A stretch of 64,000 bases of DNA from Carcharhinus amblyrhynchos (Eukaryota), in contig OZ336888.1 of the NCBI GenBank assembly GCA_965287045.1, positions 30,628,001-30,692,000 of the forward strand, in the 5' to 3' direction. Positions 27,170 to 41,010 of the stretch are shown here, one piece after another; within the stretch, counting starts at the first letter, position 1; every line of letters begins with the position of its first letter. The position numbers and the translations under genes are program-made. The notes beneath the pieces were generated by a model, which was given only the letters and a program-made list of their open reading frames with translations, had not been told where the DNA came from and made no database searches.

Positions 27170-27585
27170 AAGATTTCAGTGTAGTTTTAAATTTGCTGTA
27201 ACAGCTGAAGATTGCCAAAGGATTACATAATTTCCCTGCTTCCCTAGATCTCATATTTCCCCCGCAGTCTGACAGTTCATCCACTAACAATGTGAATAGT
27301 GACACATCAAGAGTTCAGAGAGAAAAGAACTGAAAGTCCTGCTCCATTGAAGAGACACAAATGAGTTTGAGCCTGCAGTTTATCTGAAGTGCATATTGAT
27401 TATTTCTGTTTGGAGATTGTTTTACGATACTGATTAACTTATCTGATTACAAATTAACAAAGTAAAATATTGCACTGAGGTTTCTTTCAGTAATTTGCGG
27501 TACCATCTGAAGATTGCCAAACAATTATATAATTCCACCCCCAATGACATATTTCACCTCAGTGTGACACTATCCACCAACCACT
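27170..27585 (+). repeat. Old diverged direct repeat (~100-bp units, ~300-bp period)
   Basis: ctgaagattgccaaa...catatttc...cagt.tgaca...atccac.aac near 27205 and near 27507. Confidence 0.6.
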
Positions 27586-29044
27586 AGCTCAGTCAAGTGA
27601 GTCAGACTCAATTGGAGTCAGCTTCCAGCTTTCATGCTGTGGCAAATACTTCCATTTTATGATTTATCCAAGCTGTCGATTGAAACTAATAGCATTTACT
27701 ATAATATTCATTGTAATTAACTTAATTAATACTAATTATAGACAGTTACCTGATGGAAATTGTAGATGACTATCGCTGCCATTTGTAAAGACTATCCTTA
27801 CCATCAAAACGTCATTGGCAAAGCTCTTCAAGAGCTGTTTGTGATCATGAGCAAAAACACCCCTAACACAGTACTGCCAACAATTACACCTCTATGAGGA
27901 AGCAAAAAGTTTACAAAAAAGCATTTGTAAAATATTACACTTCCTTACAAAAGTTGTTCCCAGTTGAAAGTTGCATTGCACGCTTGCGCTTCATAAATTT
28001 CTGCTTACAGTTTTCTGCCCTGCAAATACCTCTCAAATCCTGTAATCTCAAAGTGTTAAATAAGCATCATCAGGATGATTTATGATCATTGCTAATTGTT
28101 AGGCTAACGTGACTGAGGTCTCTGTAGCTTAACCACTACAATTTGTTCCATTAACTCAAAATAATGCAGAGGTTATTTTCCTCAAAAAATACTAAAAACA
28201 TATTCAAATGTTGCTTTTGTTTCTCTCGTTTCCTCAAGGTGCACAGTCTGAGATCAAGTCCAGTCCAACTGAATTCAAAGTATTCCTGGGAACATTGTGT
28301 GTCTGAATCCAAAGGTGTTTACATGTATTGATACTTACGTACAATGAGTAATAAATAATCAAGACAATAAAATAATAATTCTATCATTTGGGAAAATGCT
28401 ATAGACAATTGTGCAGGATTCAAAATGTCAAATGTAAATAAATGGCTTTTTGGAGAATCTTGAAGAAATTATATTGTTGCCACAAAACAGCAACGTGTGG
28501 TACTCGTAAAAGTAGCATCAGTTAGAAAACGTATGTCCATTTAGGGATGGTATAATCACTGTTGATTTCAATGGGGTGGAGCCATCAAATTGATTAATTG
28601 AATCAGCAAGAATAATAACAAGCAGAACAAACGGCCTAGAAACCTTTGGTGTGGTGTAGCTAATGGTGTAAATTCGCCTCACCTGATCTTCCTGGAAAAC
28701 TTTCACTCCAAACGACAAACATGGAGTCCAACAATTTCTGATCAACAGCAGTGTTCCAATTTTATTCTGGCAGTATATTTCTTATAATGATTCCATTGTT
28801 GCCATTTACAACTCCTCCAGGCCCATATTTTGTTTCTTAACTTGACGCATTGCCACTCTTGCACCATTGTCCATTTTGTCGTATAATCTCTTTTTCCAGT
28901 TTAGTGCAGACCCCTTTGTTCTTCCCCAAGCCCTTTCCCCTGCCTCTGGCCTTGGTTCAAACCTGTAGCATCTGTAACATTTTCCAGTTCAAATGAATGG
29001 TCATTAATCTGAATGTTAACTCTTCTCTCTCCACAGAGGTTTTA

Positions 29045-29275
29045 AGTTTAAATTGATTTATTAGTGTCACAAGTAACTTTACATTATCACTGCAATGAAG
29101 TTACTGTGAAAATCCCCTAGTTGCTACACAGCAGCACCTGTCTGGGTACACTGAGAGAGAATTTAGTATAGCCAATGCACCTAACCAGCATGTCATTTGG
29201 ACTGTGGGAGGAAACCGGAGCGCCTGGAGGAAGCCCATGTTGACACGGAGAGAACATGCAGATTCCCCAGACACA
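29045..29275 (-). mobile_element. Partial SINE inserted into an old Penelope-like pLTR remnant (~28790-29310)
   Basis: Reverse complement of the 63440-63655 sequence; flanks read ...ctctccacagagg and ttgctagacttgctg...ccagca, typical of the old pLTR family. Confidence 0.6.
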
Positions 29276-30331
29276 GGTTTGCTAGACTTGCTGATTATTT
29301 CCAGCACTTGTTGCTAATATTCCAATACATTGTCCATATGGGCACTTACAATGAATGTTTTTAAGCAAATTCATCATGAATTTCAAACTAAAACTTTCAA
29401 AGTGTTGGCCTAGAGGTATTATTAATTAATGACGTTCATGTCAACATGCAAATCAAGCTCAATGACCCAATGGGGTTGACCAGGGTGAGTATGGCAGCAG
29501 TATGAGTAACCTTGGTCCAGTGTGCCACTGGTCTCACTAGCAAATACAGGAGTTAATTGAATCTTGCTGCTCCTCAAGGACATGGTGCTTCTAGACCACA
29601 TCATTGTACATTTCAAGCAATGGTCTAGTTTGCAGGATGACTTTATGACACATGAACATATCTCCATGCTACCATGCACTGAACTAATAATGGGTTGGAG
29701 GTAACATATGATAGTTTGAAATTTTTGATGAATGTTCTGTGTTAAATAATTTTAGAGGAAGTGAGCCCAGAATGTTCTTGAGAGACCGCTGACAGGTACA
29801 GGTGGGGATATTCCAAATTTTGAAGTCCTAACTCTTTTTGAAGAGGGAGTGCTCACACTGATGGAGTCCAATTCCTCCAGTAGTATAGGCGGAGACGAGA
29901 CTGAAAGATGGCCAGGGTGTAGTGAGGTGGCAAGAATCTCAGGCTGATTGAAAACGGGAGATGGCAAGTGGAGGTTTAATGGAGGTTAGGCATTCAGCCT
30001 GGTTGGTGAATATAGTTCACACATTGGAGCCCAGACAAGCTCATCATCTGAAGCTTCACCTCATTGTCCAACGGTGTGCCTGCGGAATCTAATTAGTCTT
30101 GTCAGGCAGTGAAATGGTTGATGTGCATTGTGTGATAGGGCTGATGTGGCAAGGCATTTGACACCCAATTACTCCATTAGTGATATCTCTCTGTTACAGG
30201 AGAAACCTCTTCAGTGCAAGCTGTGCCAGAACCTCCTCCCGAGGATGAGGAGGAACCTTTGCAGGGGGCAGCGTCACTTCCTTTCCAGCATCCACTGCCA
30301 TCGCAGGCACTGGCACGTCGGCATGGTAGGT

Positions 30332-30507
30332 TAGAAACATAGAATCCTACAGTGCAGAAGGAGGCCATCTGACCCATCAAGTCTGCACCAAACACAATCC
30401 CACCTAGGCTCTATCACCACAACCCCGTGCATTTACCCTAACTAGTCCCCCTGACACTAAGGGGCAATTTAGCATGGCCAATCCACATAACCTGCAAATC
30501 TTTGGAC
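30332..30507 (-). mobile_element. SINE 3' fragment (HE1-like)
   Basis: Matches 19356-19525. Confidence 0.7.
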
Positions 30508-31542
30508 CAAGAGGTTGTTAGGCTCCCAGACCAGAACCCCAAGTTATCAGCCATCCATGTAATCACATCCATCCACATGATCACAGCCAGAGTCATCAAC
30601 AGGAGCATTGCCGTGATCTCTCAATGCTTTGCAGCCCTTCTCTTCAGAAAATGACCCCCATCGTCTGGCAACCCTTCACCCTCCAGGTAATCTCACCTTT
30701 GGATAGTGAACTATGGCATGCACAGCAAACCATGACCATCGTGGACACGTGTGAGTGGAAGCACTATAATATTCCTCCAGGTTTGCCCAGGTACCGTGAT
30801 CTCATTTTCAGGAGAACTTTGTTATGACTCTGGTGCTGCTGTGGCTTTCATTATACCTCCTTTTTACTTCAGATCTGGGCACCCTCACAGGTAGCACAAG
30901 CCATCTTCGCAGTGGCTAGTCCATGTCACCTTCCAAGGAATCCAGGCTGAAAATGTCTGAAACCTGCGAGTTCTGAAGGTTGTGGGAATTATGAAGGCTG
31001 CCTGGGTACCAGGTACATGATTGCACGATCTGCCAATTATGGTTGCACACCAGCTAGATGTAGAGTGAGTGGAAGCTCTTTCTATTGATGAAATGACATG
31101 ACTGTCCAGCAGGAGCCTTTATGCAACATGGATCAATCAGTGGCTTAACTAAAGCAACTTGGAAACTTCCCTTCAATATCTTTTCAAAAATTCAAATTTA
31201 CATGAGAATCACAGGTAAAATCCCATACAAAGCAACAAATTAAAAGTAGAAATAACAGTAAAACTGGGATACCTTTCAATTTAAAAAAAATCATTCTTCG
31301 ATGTTGGCATCACTGGCTAGGCTAGCATTTTGCCCATCCCTAATTGTCCTTGAGAAGGTAGAGGTGATCTGCTTTCTTGAACTGTTGAAATCCATGTGGT
31401 ATAGATACACCTACAGTGCTTTTTTTTCCTGATTTGATACAACTGAATGGCTTGCTAGGATGGTTGAGGGTCAATTCATTAATTAAGAGTTACTTCATTG
31501 GTATTAACGCAAGTCCGAGGCAGTGATGTTTATCTTCCTTAC

Positions 31543-31704
31543 CGTGGTTCATGATAATTCTGATAAGAGTAGTGTTGCAGCAAGTTCCACGTGATCCCAT
31601 TGTCAGCAGAATAGTGCAGTAGAATCCCTTCTCCCGGTTGGTCTGGGGGCTTGCATGTGCTTAATACAGATTTGCTGCCCAAGCGAAGGGTAAACTGCAG
31701 AAAC
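31543..31704 (-). CDS. RELN: Reelin exon (~19), [53 protein letters not shown](R)
   Basis: Hand-translated; Asp-box SADNGITW; ccccag acceptor, GTAAG donor; 162 bp. Confidence 0.96.
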
Positions 31705-32530
31705 CTGGGGAATAATAAGAGTGAGGCACAGGACGTTTACTATCTTACATAAACCCATCCTTAAAAAGCCTGGACTGAAACATTGTTACACGATTAGCAA
31801 GCTGTTAACAGTGAAATTGTTCAGAAAGTCTACTGTTTCTAAATTTTGGATTTTCTTGATTGTGGAATCCTCACCATGGATTCCAAGCCCTCCCAGCCAT
31901 TCCTCAGTATATTGGAATTGAATTTACATTCAGATCAGCTATGATCTTACTTGAGCTACAAATGAGGTTTCTAGACCAAACTGAGATCTGATTTGGTGAT
32001 TTACTAAGCTATGTAACTCAATGTCACAATGGAGGTTTAACTTGCAATTATACTTTTGTCAGTCTACAACTGTTCCTAGGGTACAACTTGGTGCAACAGG
32101 AGAGTTTGAACCTATCTGATTCTAGCCAGAGTATTTGCAGAAATGGCCCTCTCTCTGCTCCCCAAGAATTGATCTTTGCCTGGCTCTCCCTTTTCACTCC
32201 TTCTTTTAACACCTGCACTGCTCCTGTGTTGTCAATCTGCTTTTCAAAATCCAGTCTTGGATGTGCTGAGATTCCCTCCAGTTAAACATTAGGAAGACCA
32301 AAGCCATCATCATTGGTTAACTTAGCATTCTCACCATAGATTCCAAACCCTCCCCTGCCATTTCCTTAGGCTGAGCCTGACTGTTCAAAACTTCAGTAAT
32401 ATTATGCAATATGCCATATCTATGCCAATTATTTTTCATGATGTGGGTATGCCGGCGTTGGACTGGCGTAAACACAGTAAAAAGTCTGACAACACCAGGT
32501 TTTAGTCCAACCTATTTATTTGATAATATT

Positions 32531-32570
32531 CTCACAAGCTTTCGAGGGGACAGCCTCTTCGTCAGGTGAA
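32531..32570 (-). ncRNA. Minimal hammerhead ribozyme motif (mirror copy, sense to reelin pre-mRNA)
   Basis: Exact reverse complement of 32738-32777. Confidence 0.75.
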
Positions 32571-32737
32571 TGGAGAGTTCTGGCCTCAGACAGAGCATAT
32601 AAAGCACAGACAGTTTAGAGATTACTGATTAAAATGCGAATCCTTACACCTAACCTGCTGTTCAAGACCTGAAGTGGCTGACAATGTCAGAACTGCTGTT
32701 CAAGACCTGAAGTGGCTGACAATGTCAGAACTCTCCA

Positions 32738-32777
32738 TTCACCTGACGAAGAGGCTGTCCCCTCGAAAGCTTGTGAG
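32738..32777 (+). ncRNA. Minimal type I hammerhead ribozyme motif (PLE-type)
   Basis: UUCAC-CUGACGA-a-GAGG cugucc CCUC-GAAA-GCUU-GUGAG: core boxes, stem I UUCAC/GUGAG, stem II GAGG/CCUC, palindromic AAGCUU in place of stem III. Confidence 0.75.
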
Positions 32778-34774
32778 AATATTATCAAATAAATAGGTTG
32801 GACTAAAACCTGGTGTTGTCAGACTTTTTACTGTAATTATTTTTCATACATACTCCCCTTATTAACCTTTACTGTTAATTATTTTTAGACTGCACAGCAT
32901 GAACACCTCTAATCTGTTCTCATAACTCATCCTCTTTTTATTTGGATCAGATTTGTGGTTCTCCTCTGTACCCTGTCTATTATATTTATATATTTTTTGT
33001 GGCATAATGATAGACATGAACACAATATTCTGAGTATGATATGATTAGTACATTTATAGGGCTGGGTATAACTTGTTCAGATACTTAACTGTGCTAATTA
33101 TGTGGGATGAGAGAAATGAAAAATGAAAAAGTTTCTAACAGGTGGGGAGCGATCCCTATGACCACTGTTCTATGTGGTTTGACTTGAATATCTCCAACTC
33201 TGGCTGGAGTTAAAATTGGGGACTGTCAGTGCCATGGGATCCCTATCTGCATATTTAAAGAAGGATTCAATGGCTACAAGTGGGTATCTTTGCCACCAGA
33301 AGAAGAAAATAATAAGTAAGTCATTTCTGGTATTTAACTGCCCACCCACCTGGTTTCTGTCATCCAAGTAAGGGTTTTTTTTATTCATTTGTGAGACATG
33401 GACATCGCTGGTTGGCCATCATTTACTGTTCATCCCTAGTTGCCCAAGGGCAGTTGAGAGTGAACCACATTGCTATGGCTCTGGAATCACATGTAGGATG
33501 GCAGATTTCCTTCCCTAAAGGACATGAGTGATCAAGATGGGTTTTTCTGACAATGGTTTCACGGTCATCAGCAGATTCTTGATTTCAGATTTTTTAAGCG
33601 CTCCCTTGATTGATATCCAAGGTTCGTAGTTTTCTTGCATTTTTTCCACTAGCATTAGCAGGAGCTCTTCAGGAGTAATTATAACATGCATATTACTGGC
33701 TTCTAAATGCCAAGGAATGTTGTACACAGCTGAGGAATGCTGTACCCACACTAACAGCAAATCCAATGCAAATATGCTTAATTTTAGTCAGAACTCTTAG
33801 AACAACTACTAGCTTGAAAATGACCAAGTCAATGACTGTCACCTTCCAAGCTCAAAGTAATTTTGCAGCTTTCAAATTTCAGGTGGTAAGAAAGGGCTAA
33901 AGTGTACTCATTACCACTGATCAGTAATTCTCCCGGCATTATGCTTGACACTAAACAGGATTCCCAGATTGTGTGGATGATGTTAGTTCAGCTGCTTCAT
34001 CTCTCATGCTCCTTTTGGCTGAAATCACTTAGCATTTATGAGATTTTGGAAATAGCCTTGCACTGGTTCCTCCTGATTCATCCCTCAGCTACTCAACAGA
34101 TTTACTCCAGTCGTATACCACATCTTGTGGCAGAAAGATCAACAGGATGCCATTTAATTATAAATTACATAATGTAGTTAGGTCAATTCATCTCAGATAA
34201 GAGGATGTCTTGCTTTAATTCAGTCTGCTCAGCTACAGAAATGTCATTGCATTTGCCATCAGTGTGTCACTCTAATTTGGAAGTAATTGGCTGCTGCCAA
34301 ATAATGTCTTTCTTGAATAATTTTGCTACCCTTATGCTATGATTCAATATTTATAACACACAACCCTTAAAATCAGGATTATTCAACTTTGTAGTCCCAG
34401 AGACACATATAGGCTATGAACCCTGCAGCTCAATCCTCAAGATAGAAACCATTCAGATCTATATGTGTTAAAATATTTATCTGCTGGTGATCGGTATTAT
34501 TTTTGAGCGCCTGGAGATTTAGAAATTGCTGATTTGTTCTCTGTTCCTATTGATGGATGAGCCACAAATATCTGATTGATTGTCACAGCAGCTTCAAATG
34601 TCTGCAGTTTAATGGGAACATCAATGTGACCTTTATATTTCAGATTTCCAGCACCCGCAGTACTTTGCTTTTATATCAATGTGATCTTTATGCATGGCCC
34701 CGAGACGGTTTACACCTATTGCTCCACAATACGTGGAACATAATGGATATCCCCATTTTAAAATTCTGATTGAA

Positions 34775-35150
34775 ACATATAGGATCCTGAGGGGATTTGA
34801 TAGGATTGATAGCGAGAGGCTATTCCACTTCTGGGAGAGACTAGAACCTAGGGACACAGTTTAAGAATAAGAAGCTTGCCATTAAAGATGGAGATGACAA
34901 GAATTTCTTTCTCTCAAAGGGTCATTAGTGTTTTGAATTTTCAATTCCCCAGAAAGTAGTAGGGGCTTGGCCATTGAAATAATTCAAGGCTGAGTTAGAC
35001 AGGTTTTTGATAGACAGTGGAAGGAATCGAGAATTATGGGTGCGGTGGGGGTCAAGTTGAAACCATAACCAGATCAATCGTGATTTTATTGAATTGCAGC
35101 GCAGGCTCAATGGCCTGAATGGCCTACTCCTGCTCCCAAGTCCTAAGTTC
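34775..35150 (+). mobile_element. Decayed CR1 3' fragment
   Basis: Similar to the CR1 3' end at 52070-52460 (gattgaaacatatagg...ggcctactcctgctcc). Confidence 0.75.
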
Positions 35151-35482
35151 CTGCGCTCAATGCTTGCGGCGTTAAAAATTGAGAGTAGACTAAACCCATT
35201 ATCTTGAGCTACTGTCTTGCGGATATGAAGCAGGATGATAAAAATTATGCAGAGTTTGCCACAATGTTAGTCTCTCAGCCGTTTGTCAATAAATAGGCAT
35301 TGCATCCCAAAGCAATTCAATGACTGAGGAGATTGATCTCTGAGAGCAATCTTTCTCCACAGAGAATTCTAAGATAGTGATCTAAACAATAATTCTCTCA
35401 GAGAATAAGTGCATAATATTTGAATGAGCACTGGTGCCATTTTTAATTCCTATTGTTTATTAAATACGTCCGTAATATTTAC

Positions 35483-35716
35483 CTGGCTAGAGTACTGTCG
35501 AGGAAAGAAGTAATGAGCTCTCGCCTTCCCTCTTTGTTAAATACTAGAGCCTTGCCGCTCGAGAGGACACCACAGCCAAAGCCAAGTTCTGCACCGCGGA
35601 TTGAGTGGAAGTTGTGGTAAGACGAGAGCCGGGAACTACTAAAACTTTCTGAAATTATGGTGGGAAATGTTTGCGAAGCCATGTCACATCCAGGCCCTGA
35701 AAATCCTGGATCACAT
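35483..35716 (-). CDS. RELN: Reelin exon (~18), [25 protein letters not shown]...[10 protein letters not shown](R)
   Basis: ORF track 35479..35748; tttcag acceptor, GTAAA donor; 234 bp. Confidence 0.97.
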
Positions 35717-36639
35717 CTGAAAGCGAATAGAAAAGCAGATAGGTTCACATCGAAAAAATATTAAAATAAAACAATAACTGGGCACAAATCTTTTACAATA
35801 TATTATTATTTAATAGAACAGTTGAACTAATTGGTGATCAAAGCATTTAATGTATTTTAATGATATTAATTATATTCATTTATTAATATTGATTGGCTAC
35901 CGACATCATTGGACTGTGATTGGCTCCTTTGAATTACTGCAGTCTTAACTTCAGGTCTTGCCAATGTCTATGGTGTTTTGCGTGGCTTCCCATCCCACTG
36001 CCAGGGAACCCACTGCCGCAGGAAGGGCTGGAAAATCCCACCCTAGCAGCCGTGCTATTAATTGATTCAGCTGTCTTAAGGTGTGAAGCTTTTAATTATG
36101 AATCACCAGAAGCAGCTTTGTGCTCTAGTCTGTAGACTAGACTAAAAGTTGTGAGAATTGATAAGGGACAGAAATATTCATTTTGTTTTGAAACACAAAC
36201 ATGAAACATTGTTGGAAAAGGTGATTTGACCTCACAGCCATGCCATTTCCTTGTGGATCTCATTTTCACATTCCTGTTTCCTCGCAGTCTTTTTTCTACA
36301 GAAACACGTAAATATAAATTCACCACAGTCCCAGATGACCATAGACTGTGATTGGTTGTGATTTAACTTCAGGATCACCACACCTCAGGTGCCAGGAAGG
36401 TTGAGAAGACAAGCCTTCATGAATAACCTCAGCTGGTACAGGAATTGAACCCACACTGTTGGCATCATTTTGTATCACTAATTGGCTGTCCAACCAACTG
36501 AGCTAAATCAGACCCCGTGTTGAGCATTTTCAGAGATCCTTTCTACAAAAAGCTGGTTAGTGCTATATAATAGGAATGGAGTTTAACTATTGCCTTGATA
36601 TTATTCAGTTCCTCTTCTAATATACCATGGTGCTTGTCT

Positions 36640-37480
36640 TCACTGCTGTTGTCCAATATGCTGACGGAATCAGTGAATTCTGATTGTAACACTTAAATCC
36701 TTTTCCTTTGAGCACCAAACACCAGGCAGGTGAAGCTGAAAGGGTCATGTAGATGAGTTGGTTGGGGACTTGTGCACTTTTTCGAACCTCTTGACTTCAG
36801 TTGTGCATGTTCATGATGAAGTCTTTCGATAGGTTAATGCCTTCCCAAATTAATCTTCTCCATTTTGATCAGTTAAACTACTGTCATAAGTTGACAAGGA
36901 TGTTTGACCTCTTCAAGGATACTTTGAGAACATCGCCGAAGCATTTTGCCTGTCCTTCTTGGAGTCTTCTGTCATGACGGAGTTCCAAGTGGAGCAGTTT
37001 CTTCAGTTGTCTGGTGTCAGACATATGAACAATAAAAATAACTCCACTGGACTGAATGTGAGCGATTTTTAAAAAATTCATTTTTATGGGATGTGGGTGT
37101 CGCTGCCAAGGCCAGCATTTATTGCTGATCCCTTGCTGTCCTTGAAAAGATGGTGGTGAGCTGACTTCTTGAATTGCTGCATTTCCTGAGATGTAGCTAC
37201 AACCACAGTGCACTTAGGGAGCGAGTTCTGGGATTAGTGCCTTGATGCTGAAAAAGTAGGCTTGGGAGAGGATGTTGTCATTAGACCACCTTTGTTGCCA
37301 CTGGATTTGGAAGATCTTGTGACAGCCACCACTAGTCAAACTTCTCCAGAGCTTTGAAGCTCCTGCTGTAGGTTGTCCAAGGCAGGTGAAGTGTGTCTTC
37401 TTCTACTGGGCATACAGCTTAGATCCTGGGCTATGGGACCCCTGCCTTCCATCATGCCTTCTGAAGTGGGAAGTCCTTTG
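36640..37480 (-). mobile_element. Decayed RTE-like LINE fragment with nested SINE piece (~37070-37230)
   Basis: RRLQEGQAKCFGDVLKVSLKRSNI resembles the RTE/BovB C-terminal motif GGQ.KR.KD.LK.SLK. Confidence 0.5.
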
Positions 37481-38970
37481 AGTGAAGACAGAGACTTATC
37501 CTCAGATGAGGCCTGGTGGATATTAGCAACTGCAGATCAGGATCTGTATTTCCAGGTTCTGGCCTAAAACATAGGCCTGCTGTCCAAATTATAATGGAAC
37601 TGTCTGAATGGGCAATACTGTTTTATTTTGGCTCCATGTTCCCATGCCAATTATGTTACATTTAATGGAAGATCATTGTTAAGTGTCGCTGTCAAGGTCA
37701 AAATTGATTGCCCACCCCTAGTTACTCTGACAAGATGACGCTGGACTTTTGCTCAGCTGCTTCAGAGATCAAAAAAGAGTGAATTACATTAATTTTGGGA
37801 CTGGAGGCCCTGACTGGGTCTGGTGAGACGGTTCCTTCCCAGTAGGACATTAGTAAACCAGTTGGGTTGATAGTGATATTATAACAGCTTCATGATCACT
37901 TTTACTGACCGTGTTTTATTTCTGGCCCAGTTCACAATAAGAGCTAAATTCTTTCCAATCAACTGCAATAAATTTGGGGATATTGCCGATAATACCTTAG
38001 GCTATTCATATTTCTCTCTCTCTATATGTATAAGAGCAATGCCTGGGGCACATCATTTGCAACCACTCTTCAGCTCAAATATTACATTGTTTAGAATCGT
38101 ACTTTACTTCCTGTTCCATCAGTATTGATCTGATGCTGGATCTCTGTACATGATTTTTGAAAACAATCAATTAACCTGATCATAAGAATTTAGAAACTCT
38201 TCAACATCAATTCATCTCGCTGGGTTGCTTTAAATTAATTTTGATATTAGGAGTTATGATCACTGACTGAAATTAGGCAGTCACTTCTCAAGTGTGTGCT
38301 GGAAGACAACTTAACTGATCGCTGTTATCAAAACTCCAGAGCTCATGAGTATTTTTCTTAACAGCGGGAGTGAGAGACAAAGTTTTCAAATTGTACGTAT
38401 TGCCATACAAAAATGAAATTGTGATGTGTTCTTTACAAACATAGCACAGAATGTATAACACAGCAAATCTTCCCTCAATCCCTCCACTGATGATACCTTG
38501 GGCAATTGTTTCCTCAAATGCTGTGCGTGGGTTTACAATTATGATGTCTTGCATCTTGATTAATTTGAAGAGCAAATCACATGGCAAATAAGTTGCCACA
38601 TACTCCTGCCACATATCCATTAGCAAGGTTAGAGCTTTGCCAGTTGTTTCCACAGTTGCTTTGCCATTTAACCTGACTTGCAGGCAGGATTGTGAAATTT
38701 TTCAAGATTAGTATTAAACTGCATCAAACAAGACGTTATCTACAGGAAGTTTATTTAAAGCCCACTGTGCTGTATTGGTAGACAGGTCCCAGTTAAATAA
38801 ACAATTCTGTTTTCTTGTGCCTGTCATATGGGTGAGAGATTGCAGTTACTGCAGCAAGGTTAATTATCAGAGGGATTAGGTCAGCAAGAATGTTTTAATT
38901 TGTTGGTGATATCTCAAAGTCATGTTTAGACTTAGATGAAATAATAGAGAATAATGAGGCTTCATCTTAC

Positions 38971-39037
38971 TTGCATCCGTTGGTGGTACATCGACCTCGA
39001 CCAGAACACAATTTGTAACAGGCAGGGCCAATGTAGA
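38971..39037 (-). CDS. RELN: Reelin exon (~17), (V)[21 protein letters not shown](K), first part of an EGF-like domain
   Basis: Hand-translated; EGF cysteine spacing; ctgcag acceptor, GTAAG donor; 67 bp. Confidence 0.95.
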
Positions 39038-40008
39038 CTGCAGAAGGAATTAAACATTCCACAGGTCAGACTATTGCAATGTTTGGAACATTAGCTTACA
39101 AATGAATAAACATACTGGTATTGGGTGAACAAGTTACACTGAGAAAAGGGTTGCCCTACTTAACTGAGATAACCAATTTTGTCCTCATACTGACTGCTTG
39201 GCTAAAATTATGAACAGGAGGGATTTATTAATTGAAATACAAACAATGATATGGTTAATGCCAATTATACCTGCCACAATCCTTTCTCAATCAAGTTTTC
39301 ACTTGTTCTTTAACCTCTAGTTTTCTCCAGTTACCATTTACCCACCGAATGGAGTCAATTAATTTGTGCTACAGTTTCACAGGCAGCCTCAGTTCTTAAC
39401 TGCTTCACACAGGTGGCCACTGTTTGAATCTGGACTGTTATCATGGGGCTGGTAGGTCATGTGCAGAGTTTAAAACCTGAGCCCAGCACTGTCCAAATCC
39501 AAAGTCCATGCACATGGGCTTCAGGCAGGGGCAGCTGGATCAGAGCCAGGATTGAGAACCATGGCCAGTTATTTCCCAGACTAGGCACACTCCAACTCTC
39601 GGACACTAAATCTCATCATACTCGTACCCTGACTACGTCTGGTTAAGAATGTGAAACATTTCTGGTATATATGGCTAAGACTCAAATGGGGGAGTGCATT
39701 TACCCTGTGAGCCACTAGGAGATGTAACTTTATTTATTTTTCAAATCATTATTTAAATAAAGCACAATACAAGTTTAAAAAAACTAATTGTAAAAAAAAT
39801 TGCTGTGACATAAAGCAGCATAAAAGTAAGACTTCAGAGTGGATTGTCTACATGAAATTAGTCATTGCTTGTAATGGAGTTTTCCAGGCAATCCAATAAA
39901 AGTCAAGGAAACAAAATGAAATGTGCAAGAGAATAAAAGATTGAACATGACTTGGTCATTTGAAATCATGCTGACTTTTTTTTATTCTAAATACATGCTG
40001 GTACTCAC

Positions 40009-40118
40009 CATTATCAATTGCCCACATATTTCCTGCGACTGGACCCATCTGGCTCCAGCGAAATCTGGTCCCAGCGGTAAGCGCAGCATATGGTAGAGGA
40101 ATGGTTATACGACTCCAC
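40009..40118 (-). CDS. RELN: Reelin exon (~16), [36 protein letters not shown]
   Basis: Hand-translated; reelin repeat TRFRW and WAIDN motifs; ttgaag acceptor, GTGAG donor; 110 bp. Confidence 0.95.
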
Positions 40119-40479
40119 CTTCAACACAGGACAACACACAAGTTATCAAATGGCAGCTTCAATATTGAAAAGTTTATCAGTTTATTCATTCAGTCACTTG
40201 CAGAGTGTGAGTCCGCCCCTATCTGACTGACTGATTGTTTTGCTTTATTGTTTGATTGTTTCCCTCTGTGATTTCTAGTTGAGTAGCCAACAGCCATCCC
40301 TCTCCCAATCCCACCCCACACCTTGCATAAACATACAGACAGCACTAACTATACCAGTGTATTCTCCTGTATGGTTCAAATGCAATATCTTTTTGTTTTG
40401 AGTGCATTCACACAAATGAACATTAAGGGAAACTGTCCATTAATTCTTCAAGACAGAAAAGTAGGATTTCACAGCAACC

Positions 40480-40632
40480 CTGCCCTGAAGAAGTCATACA
40501 GGCTCAAAACGTTAAGGGGGAGATGTTCCTCCCACTCCGTGGTGTGTTTCTCTTTCCACAGATGCTGCCAAACCTACCGTGCTTTCCCCAACATTTTCTG
40601 TTTTTATTTCAGATTTCCAAGTATTTTGCTTT
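40480..40632 (+). mobile_element. Old Penelope-like pLTR fragment
   Basis: ctgaagaagtcatacaggctcaaaacgtt followed by ccacagatgctgcc...atttcagatttcca, shared with 57780-57890. Confidence 0.55.
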
Positions 40633-40881
40633 CATAACCTTGAATTCTCTGCTGGAACTAAAAGGTCTTGGGACTAATCTCATGGGAATAAGAGGTACCC
40701 TCAAAAATATTCATGTATTCCCTTAAAAAAAGCATTGCTTTTTATAGAAAGGTTTCAAGTTGGTTGCCTTTGATAAGTTTGACTACTCAGTCTTTAAGTC
40801 ATTCTGCTTTAGAATATAAATCACTAAAAGATACAATTTTTTAAAACGGAAATAATAATGGGATAGCAGTTAGATCCTTAC

Positions 40882-41010
40882 CCACTATAGTTTTCAGAAG
40901 AATAGACGGAGCTGTGGGGATGATGTGGGCCTGAGCACAGATCAGGCAGACACTCCATGTGCAGTAGGGACCAGGAACGTCCATGATTCGTTGAAAACTC
41001 CAAGCTTATG
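40882..41010 (-). CDS. RELN: Reelin exon (~15), [42 protein letters not shown](G)
   Basis: Hand-translated, not in ORF track; BNR/Asp-box-like motif STNHGRSW; caccag acceptor, GTAAG donor; 129 bp. Confidence 0.96.

Larger units (their letters stand above)
32440..32834. mobile_element. Short Penelope-like element insertion with inverted pseudo-LTR arms
   Basis: Perfect 109-bp inverted repeat (32474-32582 / 32726-32834); 34-bp tail on one arm only; 13-bp TSD aattatttttcat (32427-32439 / 32835-32847); hammerhead motif in each arm; near-identical copy at 58693-59370. Confidence 0.85.
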
